From sequence record OR770614.1: DNA of 64,000 nucleotides. One strand, written 5' to 3'. Positions within the stretch are counted from its first letter, which is position 1; every line of letters begins with the position of its first letter. The notes under the pieces were generated by a model. That model saw only the letters and a list, made by a program, of their open reading frames with translations, did no database searches and had not been told where the DNA came from. The position numbers and the translations under genes are program-made. Positions 37,627 to 47,280 of the stretch are shown here, one piece after another.

Positions 37627-38076
37627 TTATTTAAAGTTTTCTTTAACTTTATTTTGATAGTATTCTTTTTTAGATATTTCAATATAATGAATATCCTTCA
37701 ATAATTTAACTCCAATTTTTTCAAAATTAGTGAATGAAAATACATCATTCACTAATTTTCTTTTAATGATTTTAAATAATTCATTATCACACATTTTAGT
37801 ATCTTTTAAATTAATATTAATGCTATAAAGCATAGGAATATCATTATCTTTTTTATCTATAATTAAACAAGCTTTTCCTTTTTCATAACCTTTGTTAGAA
37901 ATATCAATTGAATTAACTTTTTCATCATAATCTTTTTCTATAAAATTGTAAAAAGGAATTTCTTCATCTTCTGTTAGATAAATATATCCACTTTTAAATA
38001 TATCAATAATATTGTTGGATCCATGTATACCTAATACTTCTGACATTCCTTTTTTATTAAGTTTATAATATTTCAT
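37627..38076 (-). CDS. MKYY.../C-terminal-tag family protein
   Basis: MKYYKL...EISKKEYYQNKVKENFK*. Confidence 0.75.
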   Translation of the reverse strand: MKYYKLNKKGMSEVLGIHGSNNIIDIFKSGYIYLTEDEEIPFYNFIEKDYDEKVNSIDISNKGYEKGKACLIIDKKDNDIPMLYSININLKDTKMCDNELFKIIKRKLVNDVFSFTNFEKIGVKLLKDIHYIEISKKEYYQNKVKENFK

Positions 38077-38077
38077 A

Positions 38078-40069
38078 TTATAATAGCTCTCCTTTGGAAT
38101 CTTCTACATTAATGATATTAATACCTTTTTCCTTAGCTTTCTTAATTTTAGTTGAACCTGAATTTGGATCCGGAGTAACTAATAAATCAGTCTTACCTGA
38201 AACTGATGAAGTTACTTTATGACCTTTAAGTTCTAACTGTTCTTTAAATTCAGCATCTCTAAATCCACTAAATACGATATTCATTGGCTCAACTGAATCA
38301 TCTTTATTAGCTTCCATTTCTTTTTTAAGTGATTTAACATCCAATTCATTAAATAAGAATTCAATTAAATCTTTATTCTGTTTATAACCGTTAATAATAA
38401 TCTCAGCAGTGATATCAGCGATTCCTTTAATAGAAGTTAAATCTTTAATACTTAAATCTGTATAATCTATTTCTTGTGGATCATAGACTTTAGTAACTAA
38501 TTTAAATGTAGTTCTTCCAACTCCGTTTAATCCTAATGAACCTAATACATCATAGTCATAATATTCTTTATTTTTATGAATTGTATTAATAATATTCTGA
38601 GCTGATTTTTCTTTAAATGTATCTACTTGCATGATATCATTTTTATCAATTTCATATAAACTTTGAATTCCATTAGGTAGTTTGTTACCTTTATAAAGTT
38701 TATTAATAGTAGAATATTCAATTCCTTTAATATCCATTTTATCCACATAATTGTTAATAATACCTAGTACTCTACATTCACAATCGTTATTAATGCATGA
38801 TACAAATGTTTCATTTTCATTAACCTCAAGTTCTTCCCCACAGTATACACACTCTTTAATGAACGGTATAGGTTCTCCAGTAATTTCGTTAGTAGGAGAC
38901 GGAGTTAAATAGCTTAAAACATCATTACGATACTCAATAATAACTTCTTGACCTTTAACTAATTGAAGTTCTTTAAATCGTTTATAGTTAGCAATTGAAA
39001 CACGTTCACATTTAGCACCATTAAAATAAATAGGTTCAAATCTAACTACAGGCGTGTAACGACCAGTTCCATTTTCAGACACATCAAATTCAATATCAAT
39101 AACATTAGTTTTCTTAGTCATATACGGAAATTTTAAAGCTACATCAAATTTATTACGATCATTTAATCTACCTAAACGATTTCTATCATCTTCATCAAGA
39201 GCTTCAATAACTAAACCATCAATCATGTATTCATAATACTCTCTTTCATCAGCTATTTGATGATATAATTCATTAAAGTCTTTATAATCGTGTTCATCTT
39301 CCATAACAAAATTATACTGTGGATCAAGTTGATCAAATACAGTACTATGACTAGTAATTGCTGAAATTAGATTTAATTCTTCTTGTCGAGTTAACTCTTT
39401 ATTGCTAATATTAATTCTCAATGGTAATAAATTAATTAATTTACGTTTCTTATATCCATCATCTGAGTTTAATAATCCGGCAACAATTGATCTAGGATTA
39501 GCATACTCCTCATCAATCTTATTAAAGTTACTATAACTCATTACTGCTTCACACTTAATAGCGATATCAATATTATCTTCAGATAAATCAACTGCATTAA
39601 TATCTACATCTGATTTTTTAATTTTAATATGGCTAAAGAAATCAGTTAAGTCAGCTCCTTTTCCATCTTTTCCTCTTGTTAAAGCTGATTTAGTTACTAA
39701 ATAATCTCCCTTAGTAGTTAAAATAACTAAAACACTATTACCGTCATATTTTTGAGTAATTAATAATTGTTTACCATTTAAACCTTTATCATATATCCAT
39801 TCTGATAGTTCTTCTACAGAATTAACCTTAGAAACTGTTCCTACTAATTCAGGATATTCATGAGAAACATCTACTAACTTTTTACCTTTAGAAGGTAAAG
39901 CTCCACCATTAAATGGTCTATATCGTTCATATTCTCTTAATAATTTGTCAAACTCTTCATCTGTTAACTCTGGTTGATCTGATGTGTTATAATATACATA
40001 AGATTGATCCTCTAAATATTTTTGTACTTCATCTAAATTACTTTCATTTACTTCGTTAAATTTTGTCAT
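38078..40069 (-). CDS. ligA: NAD-dependent DNA ligase
   Basis: YYNTSDQPELTDEEFD (domain Ia), KYDG adenylation motif, RGKDGKG, IDGLVI, CxxC zinc region, C-terminal BRCT (SSVSGKTDLLV...SGSTKIKKAKEKGI). Confidence 0.95.
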   Translation of the reverse strand: MTKFNEVNESNLDEVQKYLEDQSYVYYNTSDQPELTDEEFDKLLREYERYRPFNGGALPSKGKKLVDVSHEYPELVGTVSKVNSVEELSEWIYDKGLNGKQLLITQKYDGNSVLVILTTKGDYLVTKSALTRGKDGKGADLTDFFSHIKIKKSDVDINAVDLSEDNIDIAIKCEAVMSYSNFNKIDEEYANPRSIVAGLLNSDDGYKKRKLINLLPLRINISNKELTRQEELNLISAITSHSTVFDQLDPQYNFVMEDEHDYKDFNELYHQIADEREYYEYMIDGLVIEALDEDDRNRLGRLNDRNKFDVALKFPYMTKKTNVIDIEFDVSENGTGRYTPVVRFEPIYFNGAKCERVSIANYKRFKELQLVKGQEVIIEYRNDVLSYLTPSPTNEITGEPIPFIKECVYCGEELEVNENETFVSCINNDCECRVLGIINNYVDKMDIKGIEYSTINKLYKGNKLPNGIQSLYEIDKNDIMQVDTFKEKSAQNIINTIHKNKEYYDYDVLGSLGLNGVGRTTFKLVTKVYDPQEIDYTDLSIKDLTSIKGIADITAEIIINGYKQNKDLIEFLFNELDVKSLKKEMEANKDDSVEPMNIVFSGFRDAEFKEQLELKGHKVTSSVSGKTDLLVTPDPNSGSTKIKKAKEKGINIINVEDSKGELL

Positions 40070-40073
40070 TATC

Positions 40074-40781
40074 TTATTTCTCTCCTTTAATATATAGATT
40101 TGTATAGTGATTATTTAATTTATTTCCATCTTTTCTACGTATATATGTTGCATATACTTCTTTATTTAAGAAATTTTCTAGTACTAATTTTTTAATTAAG
40201 AATAAAGGATTTTCTTTATAATTTGATATATTAACATAAGGTTCTTCACCTATAAAATTGATAGGTAATAATTTATTCGTGTTTGTATTTTTAACTCTTC
40301 CATAGCTACTTAATATAAAATTATCATAACATTTAATATTAGTCCATTCTTCATTATTTTCATCGTATATTAATTCTTTATTCAAATTATTTAAAACACC
40401 TTTAATTCTTCTAATTGATGTGTGGTTATTAATATTAAATTTATCAGATAATTGTTCTTTATCATTGTTTTTTAAAAGTATCTTAATCTCTTCTATATCT
40501 TTAATAGAATATTTTCTTATAGGTGTATATTCTAAATTATCTTTATGAACATTTAATGAATTCCCATCTTTGTAATGTAAATGTTTATAATTATTTTGAT
40601 TATCTAAAAATGTTTCAGCTACTATTCTATCAACTCTTTGTAATTTTCTACCATTCATATTAAAATGTAAATGGTTATTAACTGGAAAAATACTTACATA
40701 AATATCTTCGTATTCATTGTATATATTACCTTTTTCACTAATTATATACCTTTCATCTTTTGGGTATTGTTTCCATTTCAT
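40074..40781 (-). CDS. Tandem NUMOD4-HNH protein, likely catalytically degenerate
   Basis: Two WKxx...Y.IS..G.(I/V) plus (R/K)(I/L)V.E.FL...KDGN.LN....NL modules; the usual HNH histidines are replaced. Confidence 0.7.
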   Translation of the reverse strand: MKWKQYPKDERYIISEKGNIYNEYEDIYVSIFPVNNHLHFNMNGRKLQRVDRIVAETFLDNQNNYKHLHYKDGNSLNVHKDNLEYTPIRKYSIKDIEEIKILLKNNDKEQLSDKFNINNHTSIRRIKGVLNNLNKELIYDENNEEWTNIKCYDNFILSSYGRVKNTNTNKLLPINFIGEEPYVNISNYKENPLFLIKKLVLENFLNKEVYATYIRRKDGNKLNNHYTNLYIKGEK

Positions 40782-40799
40782 ATTTTTTCCATCTCCTTA

Positions 40800-41029
40800 T
40801 TAATATAAAAACGTATTGTACAACAAATCAAAAACAAAAATGGCTATTACACATACTATAAATGAAATCAATGTTATCAACGATCCCATAAATAATATGT
40901 GAGAATCTTTTACACAGATTCCCACAACAAGTGCAATTATTCCTACAATTATACTTATTATTGATCCCATTATTAAAATGCTATTAATGCAAGAATGAAA
41001 TTTACTGCAATTACCATTATCTTTTCCAT
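40800..41029 (-). pseudogene. Small membrane-protein gene with one frameshift in a T4 run (or a sequencing error)
   Basis: AAGGAG RBS, MEKIMVIAVNFILALIAF then TAA; adding one T at 40975-40978 gives a continuous 76 aa hydrophobic ORF. Confidence 0.5.
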
Positions 41030-41059
41030 CTCCTTATTTATAAAAAAATTATTAAATTA

Positions 41060-41111
41060 AGAGTAATGATGAAGTTAATCATCATTACTCCATTTTTATA
41101 ATATATATTTA
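41060..41111 (-). promoter_or_regulatory. Early promoter plus GAGTAATGA-family 5' hairpin
   Basis: TAAATATATATTATAA-AAATG-GAGTAATGATG-ATTAACTT-CATCATTACTC on the - strand. Confidence 0.65.
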
Positions 41112-41122
41112 AATATTAATTT

Positions 41123-41320
41123 CTAAAAAGAAGTCAAATGCCAGTATATAATAAATGTCAATGATAATGATAATACTATTTTTATTAAATCTATTTTTAT
41201 ATCTTCTCTAAACGTTTTATTAAAAATTGAAATAAATAAAAATGAAATTTCTGATATAGAAAAACTTAAACTAATAATACCAATCCAAAATAAAATAATC
41301 ACATATATACCTAACAGCAA
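41123..41320 (-). CDS. Small membrane protein
   Basis: Two hydrophobic helices. Confidence 0.5.
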   Translation of the reverse strand: MLLGIYVIILFWIGIISLSFSISEISFLFISIFNKTFREDIKIDLIKIVLSLSLTFIIYWHLTSF

Positions 41321-42495
41321 CTTAAAAACATCCTTTCTCGTTTATCTTCTTCCACTTTATTAAATAAAGGACCAAAATATAAATTATTGCTTATTTTTTT
41401 ATTTTCTTTTTCATATTCGAAAATTTCATATAACATATTGAAAGTAAAATTATTACTTCTTATATAAGGAGTATCGTATAAGTTTGATACTTTATAAACA
41501 TTCATGATGTAATATTTGATAGCTTCTAAGAAATTGTTGAATTTATATTCTTTATCATTTCTAAATAATCTTAAATAAAAATTATTTGAAAGATTAAAAT
41601 CATATAGATTTTCAATTTTAACAAGAGTATTAAATAGATGATTATTTTTATGATCTTTATGATTTTCTATCAAATTATCTTCAATAATCTCAGTATCTAA
41701 AAATGTAAATTCATTTCTTCCTCTAGTATGATCAATAATATTATGAATATTACCATTCATCATTAAATTTAAAATTAAACCATTACTATATTTATTATCT
41801 AAATTCACAAATTCATTAATAAAATCTGAAAACGTATCTTCTGAAAAGAAAAAGCGTGTAAAGTTACTTCCAATATCATCCGATGGTTCTATATATTCAT
41901 AATAATCATCAACATTATCAGTATCAAGAAAAATAGTAGACATCTTTGAAGTGTAGTATTTTTCATCTCCATTTAATTCATTAAAGAAATTATTATTTTT
42001 AGAAAATTCTTTAATTAATTTTTTATTAAAATTGTATGGATGTACAGTTAATGCCCCTAAAGAACTCATTAAATCTTCATCAGTTAAAATATTTAAATAT
42101 AGCAATAATGTCTTAATATAAGATATTGAAACTACAAAATCTTTTCTTTCATAATTTTTAAAATTCTTTTCCATATCTAAAAATATTTCATATTGATTTA
42201 CTTCATTTCCTTTAATTAAATTACCTAAATACATTATTATTAAATCATCATTATTTTCATTTGATAATTCAATTAATGTATCTTTATATTCATTTAATTT
42301 ATTTTCTATATCTTTATAAAATGTAGATGTTTTTCTAAAGAAAGATTTACCATTAAAATAAAAATAAATTAGGTAATCCATTAATTCTTCAAATAATAAT
42401 TTTTCATCTTTTTTAATTTTATCTTTATTAATCATTATATTATTATATTTATTCTCAATTAATAACAAATCTTTTTCTTCAATTACATATTTCAT
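41311..42495 (-). CDS. Hypothetical protein
   Basis: 394 aa ORF with GGAG RBS. Confidence 0.65.
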   Translation of the reverse strand: MKYVIEEKDLLLIENKYNNIMINKDKIKKDEKLLFEELMDYLIYFYFNGKSFFRKTSTFYKDIENKLNEYKDTLIELSNENNDDLIIMYLGNLIKGNEVNQYEIFLDMEKNFKNYERKDFVVSISYIKTLLLYLNILTDEDLMSSLGALTVHPYNFNKKLIKEFSKNNNFFNELNGDEKYYTSKMSTIFLDTDNVDDYYEYIEPSDDIGSNFTRFFFSEDTFSDFINEFVNLDNKYSNGLILNLMMNGNIHNIIDHTRGRNEFTFLDTEIIEDNLIENHKDHKNNHLFNTLVKIENLYDFNLSNNFYLRLFRNDKEYKFNNFLEAIKYYIMNVYKVSNLYDTPYIRSNNFTFNMLYEIFEYEKENKKISNNLYFGPLFNKVEEDKRERMFLSCC

Positions 42496-42509
42496 ATCTC
42501 TTTCATCTC

Positions 42510-43217
42510 CTAATTAAATGATTTTGATGCATAATGTGTTTTTAATTTTTTAGATATGTGCTCTCTATCTTTTTTATTTATTTGATTAAATAATTTTAGA
42601 TTGATATTTTCCATTTCTTTAATTGAATCTAATCTTGAGGCATAATCATCTAGTAATTCCATAACACGAGCTCCATTCATTATTGAATTATTAAATGAAT
42701 CTTCACTTACTAAAAAATCTTTATCAGATACTATTTCAGAATTCATGACAATCTTAAAACTAGTATTTTTAGTATATTCTGAATTAATAGATTTTAAATA
42801 ATTTATTAAAGTTTCTACTATTAAGAATAATTTTAGTTTTACTCTACTTAATATTAGATGACTATCATTCGCATTTATTTCAAATCTATGGTTAAAATGC
42901 GAATATACAATATTAAACAATTTCTTTTCATTATAGTAATTTATTACTTCTTTAAGAGATTCTATACCTAGTCTACCAGATAATGCATATTGAAACGCAG
43001 TAACTAAGAGTAATTCATATTTTCTAGCATTATCAAACAATTCGCTTTCATCCATTTCATTTTCTTGTTGTTTAATCATAGGTATTAGTCTATCTATTTT
43101 TTCTGAATCACTTATTTTACTTTTGTATTTATTTTTCATTTCTTTAGTATCCATATAATCCTTTAGAACTATTTCAGTTCTAATGGATGTATTAGGATTT
43201 TTATTATAATTATACAT
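42510..43217 (-). CDS. Hypothetical protein (weak C-terminal tag)
   Basis: Ends KLKTHYASKSFN*. Confidence 0.6.
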   Translation of the reverse strand: MYNYNKNPNTSIRTEIVLKDYMDTKEMKNKYKSKISDSEKIDRLIPMIKQQENEMDESELFDNARKYELLLVTAFQYALSGRLGIESLKEVINYYNEKKLFNIVYSHFNHRFEINANDSHLILSRVKLKLFLIVETLINYLKSINSEYTKNTSFKIVMNSEIVSDKDFLVSEDSFNNSIMNGARVMELLDDYASRLDSIKEMENINLKLFNQINKKDREHISKKLKTHYASKSFN

Positions 43218-43231
43218 AGTAAATTCTCCTT

Positions 43232-43789
43232 TTATTTAAAATTATTTCTGACTAGATATTTTTTAACTTCTCTTTCAAAATGATTCACTATATTATCTTC
43301 AAAGAATTCTCTTTCTTTTTTAATATATTCAATCAATGCTTTTATATACATAATATAGTTTATTGAGATTATTTTATCAAGTTTCTCATTATAATAAATA
43401 TATATCGTATTAGATTCAGAACTAAATTCGCTAAGAGTTTCTGCTTTAGATTTAAACTGATCTTTCATCATTTCTATAAAATTATCAAATGCAAATTTAT
43501 TATTAAACGTACCTTCCATAATTGTATATAAACCGTAATCGTATATTGAATGTCTAATAACTTCTTCTAAACTTACTGATGGTATAATAGTGCCGATATT
43601 CCTATTTCTTAACTCATTTGCTTTATTTTTAAGAATATACGTTAAAATCTCATTTTGACTATTAACTTTATTATACATATCCCTTTTTTCTTTAATAGAC
43701 ATTTTATTAATAATATTATCAAAATCATCAATATTCTTTTTAAAAATATCTACATTAAAAGTTTTATCTACGTCTATTTCAGCATTCAT
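43232..43789 (-). CDS. Hypothetical protein, C-terminal-tag subfamily 2
   Basis: Paralog of 43805-44353; ends EREVKKYLVRNNFK*. Confidence 0.7.
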   Translation of the reverse strand: MNAEIDVDKTFNVDIFKKNIDDFDNIINKMSIKEKRDMYNKVNSQNEILTYILKNKANELRNRNIGTIIPSVSLEEVIRHSIYDYGLYTIMEGTFNNKFAFDNFIEMMKDQFKSKAETLSEFSSESNTIYIYYNEKLDKIISINYIMYIKALIEYIKKEREFFEDNIVNHFEREVKKYLVRNNFK

Positions 43790-43804
43790 AAAATTTATCT
43801 CCTT

Positions 43805-44353
43805 TTATTTAAAATTATTTTTAACTAGGTAATTTTTATACTCTTTTAAAATATCATTAACTAATTCTTCTCCATAAAAATGTCTTGCACTGTCAAAATA
43901 ATTAATTAAAGACTTTAAGTACATTAAATAATCAACTTCGATTAATTTATTTAATTTAGTATTAAAATAAATATGTACAACGCCTTCAGATCCTCTTGAA
44001 AATTTATCTAGTTCTGATTGATTTTCATTTTTCTCAAATCCTCTTTTAATATTATTTGCAAAATGGTCAAAATTTAATTTCCCATTACTTGTAGTTAAAT
44101 TAATAGTTAACATCGAATATACATCATAATCATTTAATATATGTTTAATAAAAAACTCTAAACTATCAGCTTCTAAAATCCTACCTAATTGGTTAATCAT
44201 TAATTCTTTTTTATAATCTTTATATAGGTTAGTAAATAAATCACTTTCATTTTTACTTTTCTTGTATAAATTTCCTGCTTCTTCAAAATTTAAATTATTA
44301 ATAGTACTATAAAATGCAGATAAATCTTTTCTAAGTTTTTCTTCACCAAACAT
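43805..44353 (-). CDS. Hypothetical protein, C-terminal-tag subfamily 2
   Basis: HIYFNTKLNKLIEVDYLMYLKSLINY aligns with 43232-43789; ends LKEYKNYLVKNNFK*. Confidence 0.7.
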   Translation of the reverse strand: MFGEEKLRKDLSAFYSTINNLNFEEAGNLYKKSKNESDLFTNLYKDYKKELMINQLGRILEADSLEFFIKHILNDYDVYSMLTINLTTSNGKLNFDHFANNIKRGFEKNENQSELDKFSRGSEGVVHIYFNTKLNKLIEVDYLMYLKSLINYFDSARHFYGEELVNDILKEYKNYLVKNNFK

Positions 44354-44369
44354 AATAATCCTCCTTATT

Positions 44370-46268
44370 CTATCTAAACATTATATTTACAATTTCATTT
44401 CTAAAAGCTTTATCTAATTCTCTAGCTTCATCTGGAAAGAATTTACCTATATATCTACATAATTCTCTAAAGAATTCTGGTAGAGTTAAATGAGTTAATT
44501 CAATACCGTCATATGATATTATGAAGTGATTAGTTTCATAATATGTATTTTTATTATTTGAAACCTTATCAGAAATATTTTTTACTAATCGTTTAGCAAC
44601 AGAATTAATTTTTAAATCAAATTTTATATTAATACCAGAATCTTTTAAAAGACCCAGACTCATTTTTTCTTCAAAGTAACTATCTAAATCTTTATAATAA
44701 AATCTACTAGCATTTACGTCAATATCATATTTAAAGTTATTGAATATTTTATCAATTTCTTCAATTTTACTTGCAGCATAAGAACTATTTTTATACATTA
44801 ATGGTTCTATAATACTATTAGACGTTACATCTATAATATTTATTCTATTTATATTCTTATTACTAAATACCGAATTAGAATTTAATTCTATACCAGCCTT
44901 TATTAATTCATCTATTTTAAAATCAGAATGATCTCTAGTTAATAATTTATTTTCTTTAATAAGGTTAATATTTCTTCTAAGTTTACTAGGTGTATTACTA
45001 AGAATTAATTTGAAAAGTGATTTTATAGTTTCAAATTCAAATTTCTTTAATTTAGAAGGATTATATAAGTATTTATCTATTAATCCATAGAAATACTTGT
45101 GTTCAATTATACAGATATCATTAGTTAATAAGTTATACGATTCTAAGTTACAAATTTTACTAATTCTTCTATTTTCAGTTAAACTTGTTTTATTCACATA
45201 TAAATCATTTATATAATTACCTAATAAGATATTATAATAATTATTGCCATCCATGCATTTTTTAAGGATATTTAATTTAGTATCTTTTAAATCAAATTCA
45301 TTTTTATAATTTGAATCATAATTTTTATATCCTTCATCTTTGGTTGATGTGAATAACCATTCAGGTAAGAAGTTGTCCATTACAGCATATTTCTTTATAT
45401 TATTTTTACTACTATTATCATTAATAAAAGTAAATGCTTTAGTTAATATATATTCAAATTTATCAAAGTTCATATCTACAACAATTTCAAACATATCTGG
45501 AGCTATACCTTTACGATAATCAACTGACTCACTATAATAATTATTGATATGCTTTCCTGGTTTTAAATCATTAATTAAAATACTAAGTTCTTCTTTTCTA
45601 TTTTTGTTAATTTTACAATCTATATACTCTATTATTAGATTCATAAAATAATCATTTAAATTCACATTTTTATTTTTAATATAAATCTTGTCTAAATTAT
45701 TTTTAGAAATATAAGATAATTGTAGGTATGAGAAGATTAAATTAAATAAAAAGAAATCTCTATCTATTTTCTTTATATTTCCATTTTTACATTTATTGAT
45801 TCCTTCTGATAAACTATATGGAACTAACAAACTATAATAAAAATTAAAAAGACTATTTTTACTTAAGTATTCTTCAATTAAACTAATATTATCTCTAGTA
45901 TCAAATATAGATCTATTTAACATTGCTTCTAAACTACTAATCATTTCTGAATACATAATTTTTGTTGTACTGTCTAAATTTTGTTTATCTATTTGATCAC
46001 TTAGGTATTTTATTGAATTTAAATAATCTTCTTTCTTTGGATTCTGTAAGTGAACATTAGATTGTTCCTTTAGACCTTTTGCTTCTTGTACAGACATTTT
46101 ATTTATATTTTCAATAACATCAGAAAAGAAATCATTAAATTTAGTTTTAATATTATCATTATAGAATTCAAATATATTATCTACATTAATACCATTATTA
46201 TCAATATATTCCAATTTATCAATTATGTCATTTATTAAGTCTCTATGAACTGCCATTATCATATTCAT
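44370..46268 (-). CDS. Large hypothetical protein related at both ends to subfamily 2
   Basis: N-terminal INKMSVQEAK matches INKMSIKEKR; ends AFRNEIVNIMFR*. Confidence 0.65.
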   Translation of the reverse strand: MNMIMAVHRDLINDIIDKLEYIDNNGINVDNIFEFYNDNIKTKFNDFFSDVIENINKMSVQEAKGLKEQSNVHLQNPKKEDYLNSIKYLSDQIDKQNLDSTTKIMYSEMISSLEAMLNRSIFDTRDNISLIEEYLSKNSLFNFYYSLLVPYSLSEGINKCKNGNIKKIDRDFFLFNLIFSYLQLSYISKNNLDKIYIKNKNVNLNDYFMNLIIEYIDCKINKNRKEELSILINDLKPGKHINNYYSESVDYRKGIAPDMFEIVVDMNFDKFEYILTKAFTFINDNSSKNNIKKYAVMDNFLPEWLFTSTKDEGYKNYDSNYKNEFDLKDTKLNILKKCMDGNNYYNILLGNYINDLYVNKTSLTENRRISKICNLESYNLLTNDICIIEHKYFYGLIDKYLYNPSKLKKFEFETIKSLFKLILSNTPSKLRRNINLIKENKLLTRDHSDFKIDELIKAGIELNSNSVFSNKNINRINIIDVTSNSIIEPLMYKNSSYAASKIEEIDKIFNNFKYDIDVNASRFYYKDLDSYFEEKMSLGLLKDSGINIKFDLKINSVAKRLVKNISDKVSNNKNTYYETNHFIISYDGIELTHLTLPEFFRELCRYIGKFFPDEARELDKAFRNEIVNIMFR

Positions 46269-46299
46269 CTCCTATTTATAAAAAATACTGATTTAACTA

Positions 46300-46908
46300 T
46301 TAAATAAAATTATCTTTTACTGCATATTTATTCATTTCTTTAATTAATGATTCAACTATTTCTTCTTTTAATGAATCTAATAAAAACTTCTCTAAAGAAT
46401 CTATAAATTGTTTGTATGTTAATTCTTTCCATTCTGATTTAATATTAATATATAAAGATCTATTTTCTTTACTAAATGCTTCATATTCTTTATAAAATAC
46501 TTTAGCAATTTCTTTGAATGTCTTCTTACTAATTATAGGTAATTCTTCTACATTATCTAAGAAGAAATAATATAGAGGATATACTTCATCTTCTGTATAT
46601 ATTTTAGAATCTATAGATATTTTTATAGTATGTGCATCCAATTTTTCTTTACCACTATTGTTATACAGAGATATATCTCCTATTTCTAAATTATTTAAAC
46701 TCATATCACTATTTTCCTCCATATCTTTAGATTCAGTAGATGGTGTTTCCCAAACTTTAGTAGTAGAAAAAAGATTATTTTGAGATGGAAGATTATAATT
46801 TACTCTTTTTGCATCTGTATGAAATACAACATTATCTGTATCTATATCAAATCTTTCAGCTAATTTTTTATATGTTTCTTTAAAATCTCTATTAATTTTA
46901 ATCACCAC
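46300..46908 (-). CDS. Hypothetical protein, C-terminal-tag subfamily 2
   Basis: Ends LIKEMNKYAVKDNFI*. Confidence 0.7.
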   Translation of the reverse strand: MVIKINRDFKETYKKLAERFDIDTDNVVFHTDAKRVNYNLPSQNNLFSTTKVWETPSTESKDMEENSDMSLNNLEIGDISLYNNSGKEKLDAHTIKISIDSKIYTEDEVYPLYYFFLDNVEELPIISKKTFKEIAKVFYKEYEAFSKENRSLYINIKSEWKELTYKQFIDSLEKFLLDSLKEEIVESLIKEMNKYAVKDNFI

Positions 46909-46985
46909 TTTTTATTAAATAAGGAGTAATGATGAAATTAATCACCATTACTCCAATTATATTTATTTTGAATCTTCTTTAATTT

Positions 46986-47216
46986 TTATCCTGCATCATA
47001 CGTGTTATCACCATTGATTGAAGTAGTTGGCTCTACTTTTTCCCACTCTACATCTGATTTAAATTTAGGTCGAAAATCTCCATCGCCATCTGCAAAAATT
47101 GAAACACTGCCAGACGAACCTACTATTCCAAGACATTCCATTTCGTTCAACATTGACATAAAACAATCAATCCATCTTTCTTCCATTTCAACTTCAATTG
47201 TAAATTTCTTTTTCAT
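46986..47216 (-). CDS. Small hypothetical protein with a DGDGD motif
   Basis: MEERWIDCF...FADGDGDFRPKF; AAGGAG RBS. Confidence 0.65.
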   Translation of the reverse strand: MKKKFTIEVEMEERWIDCFMSMLNEMECLGIVGSSGSVSIFADGDGDFRPKFKSDVEWEKVEPTTSINGDNTYDAG

Positions 47217-47280
47217 AATAATACTCCTTTATTAAAAATAAAAGTAATGATGAAATTAATCATCATTACTTTTATTATAT

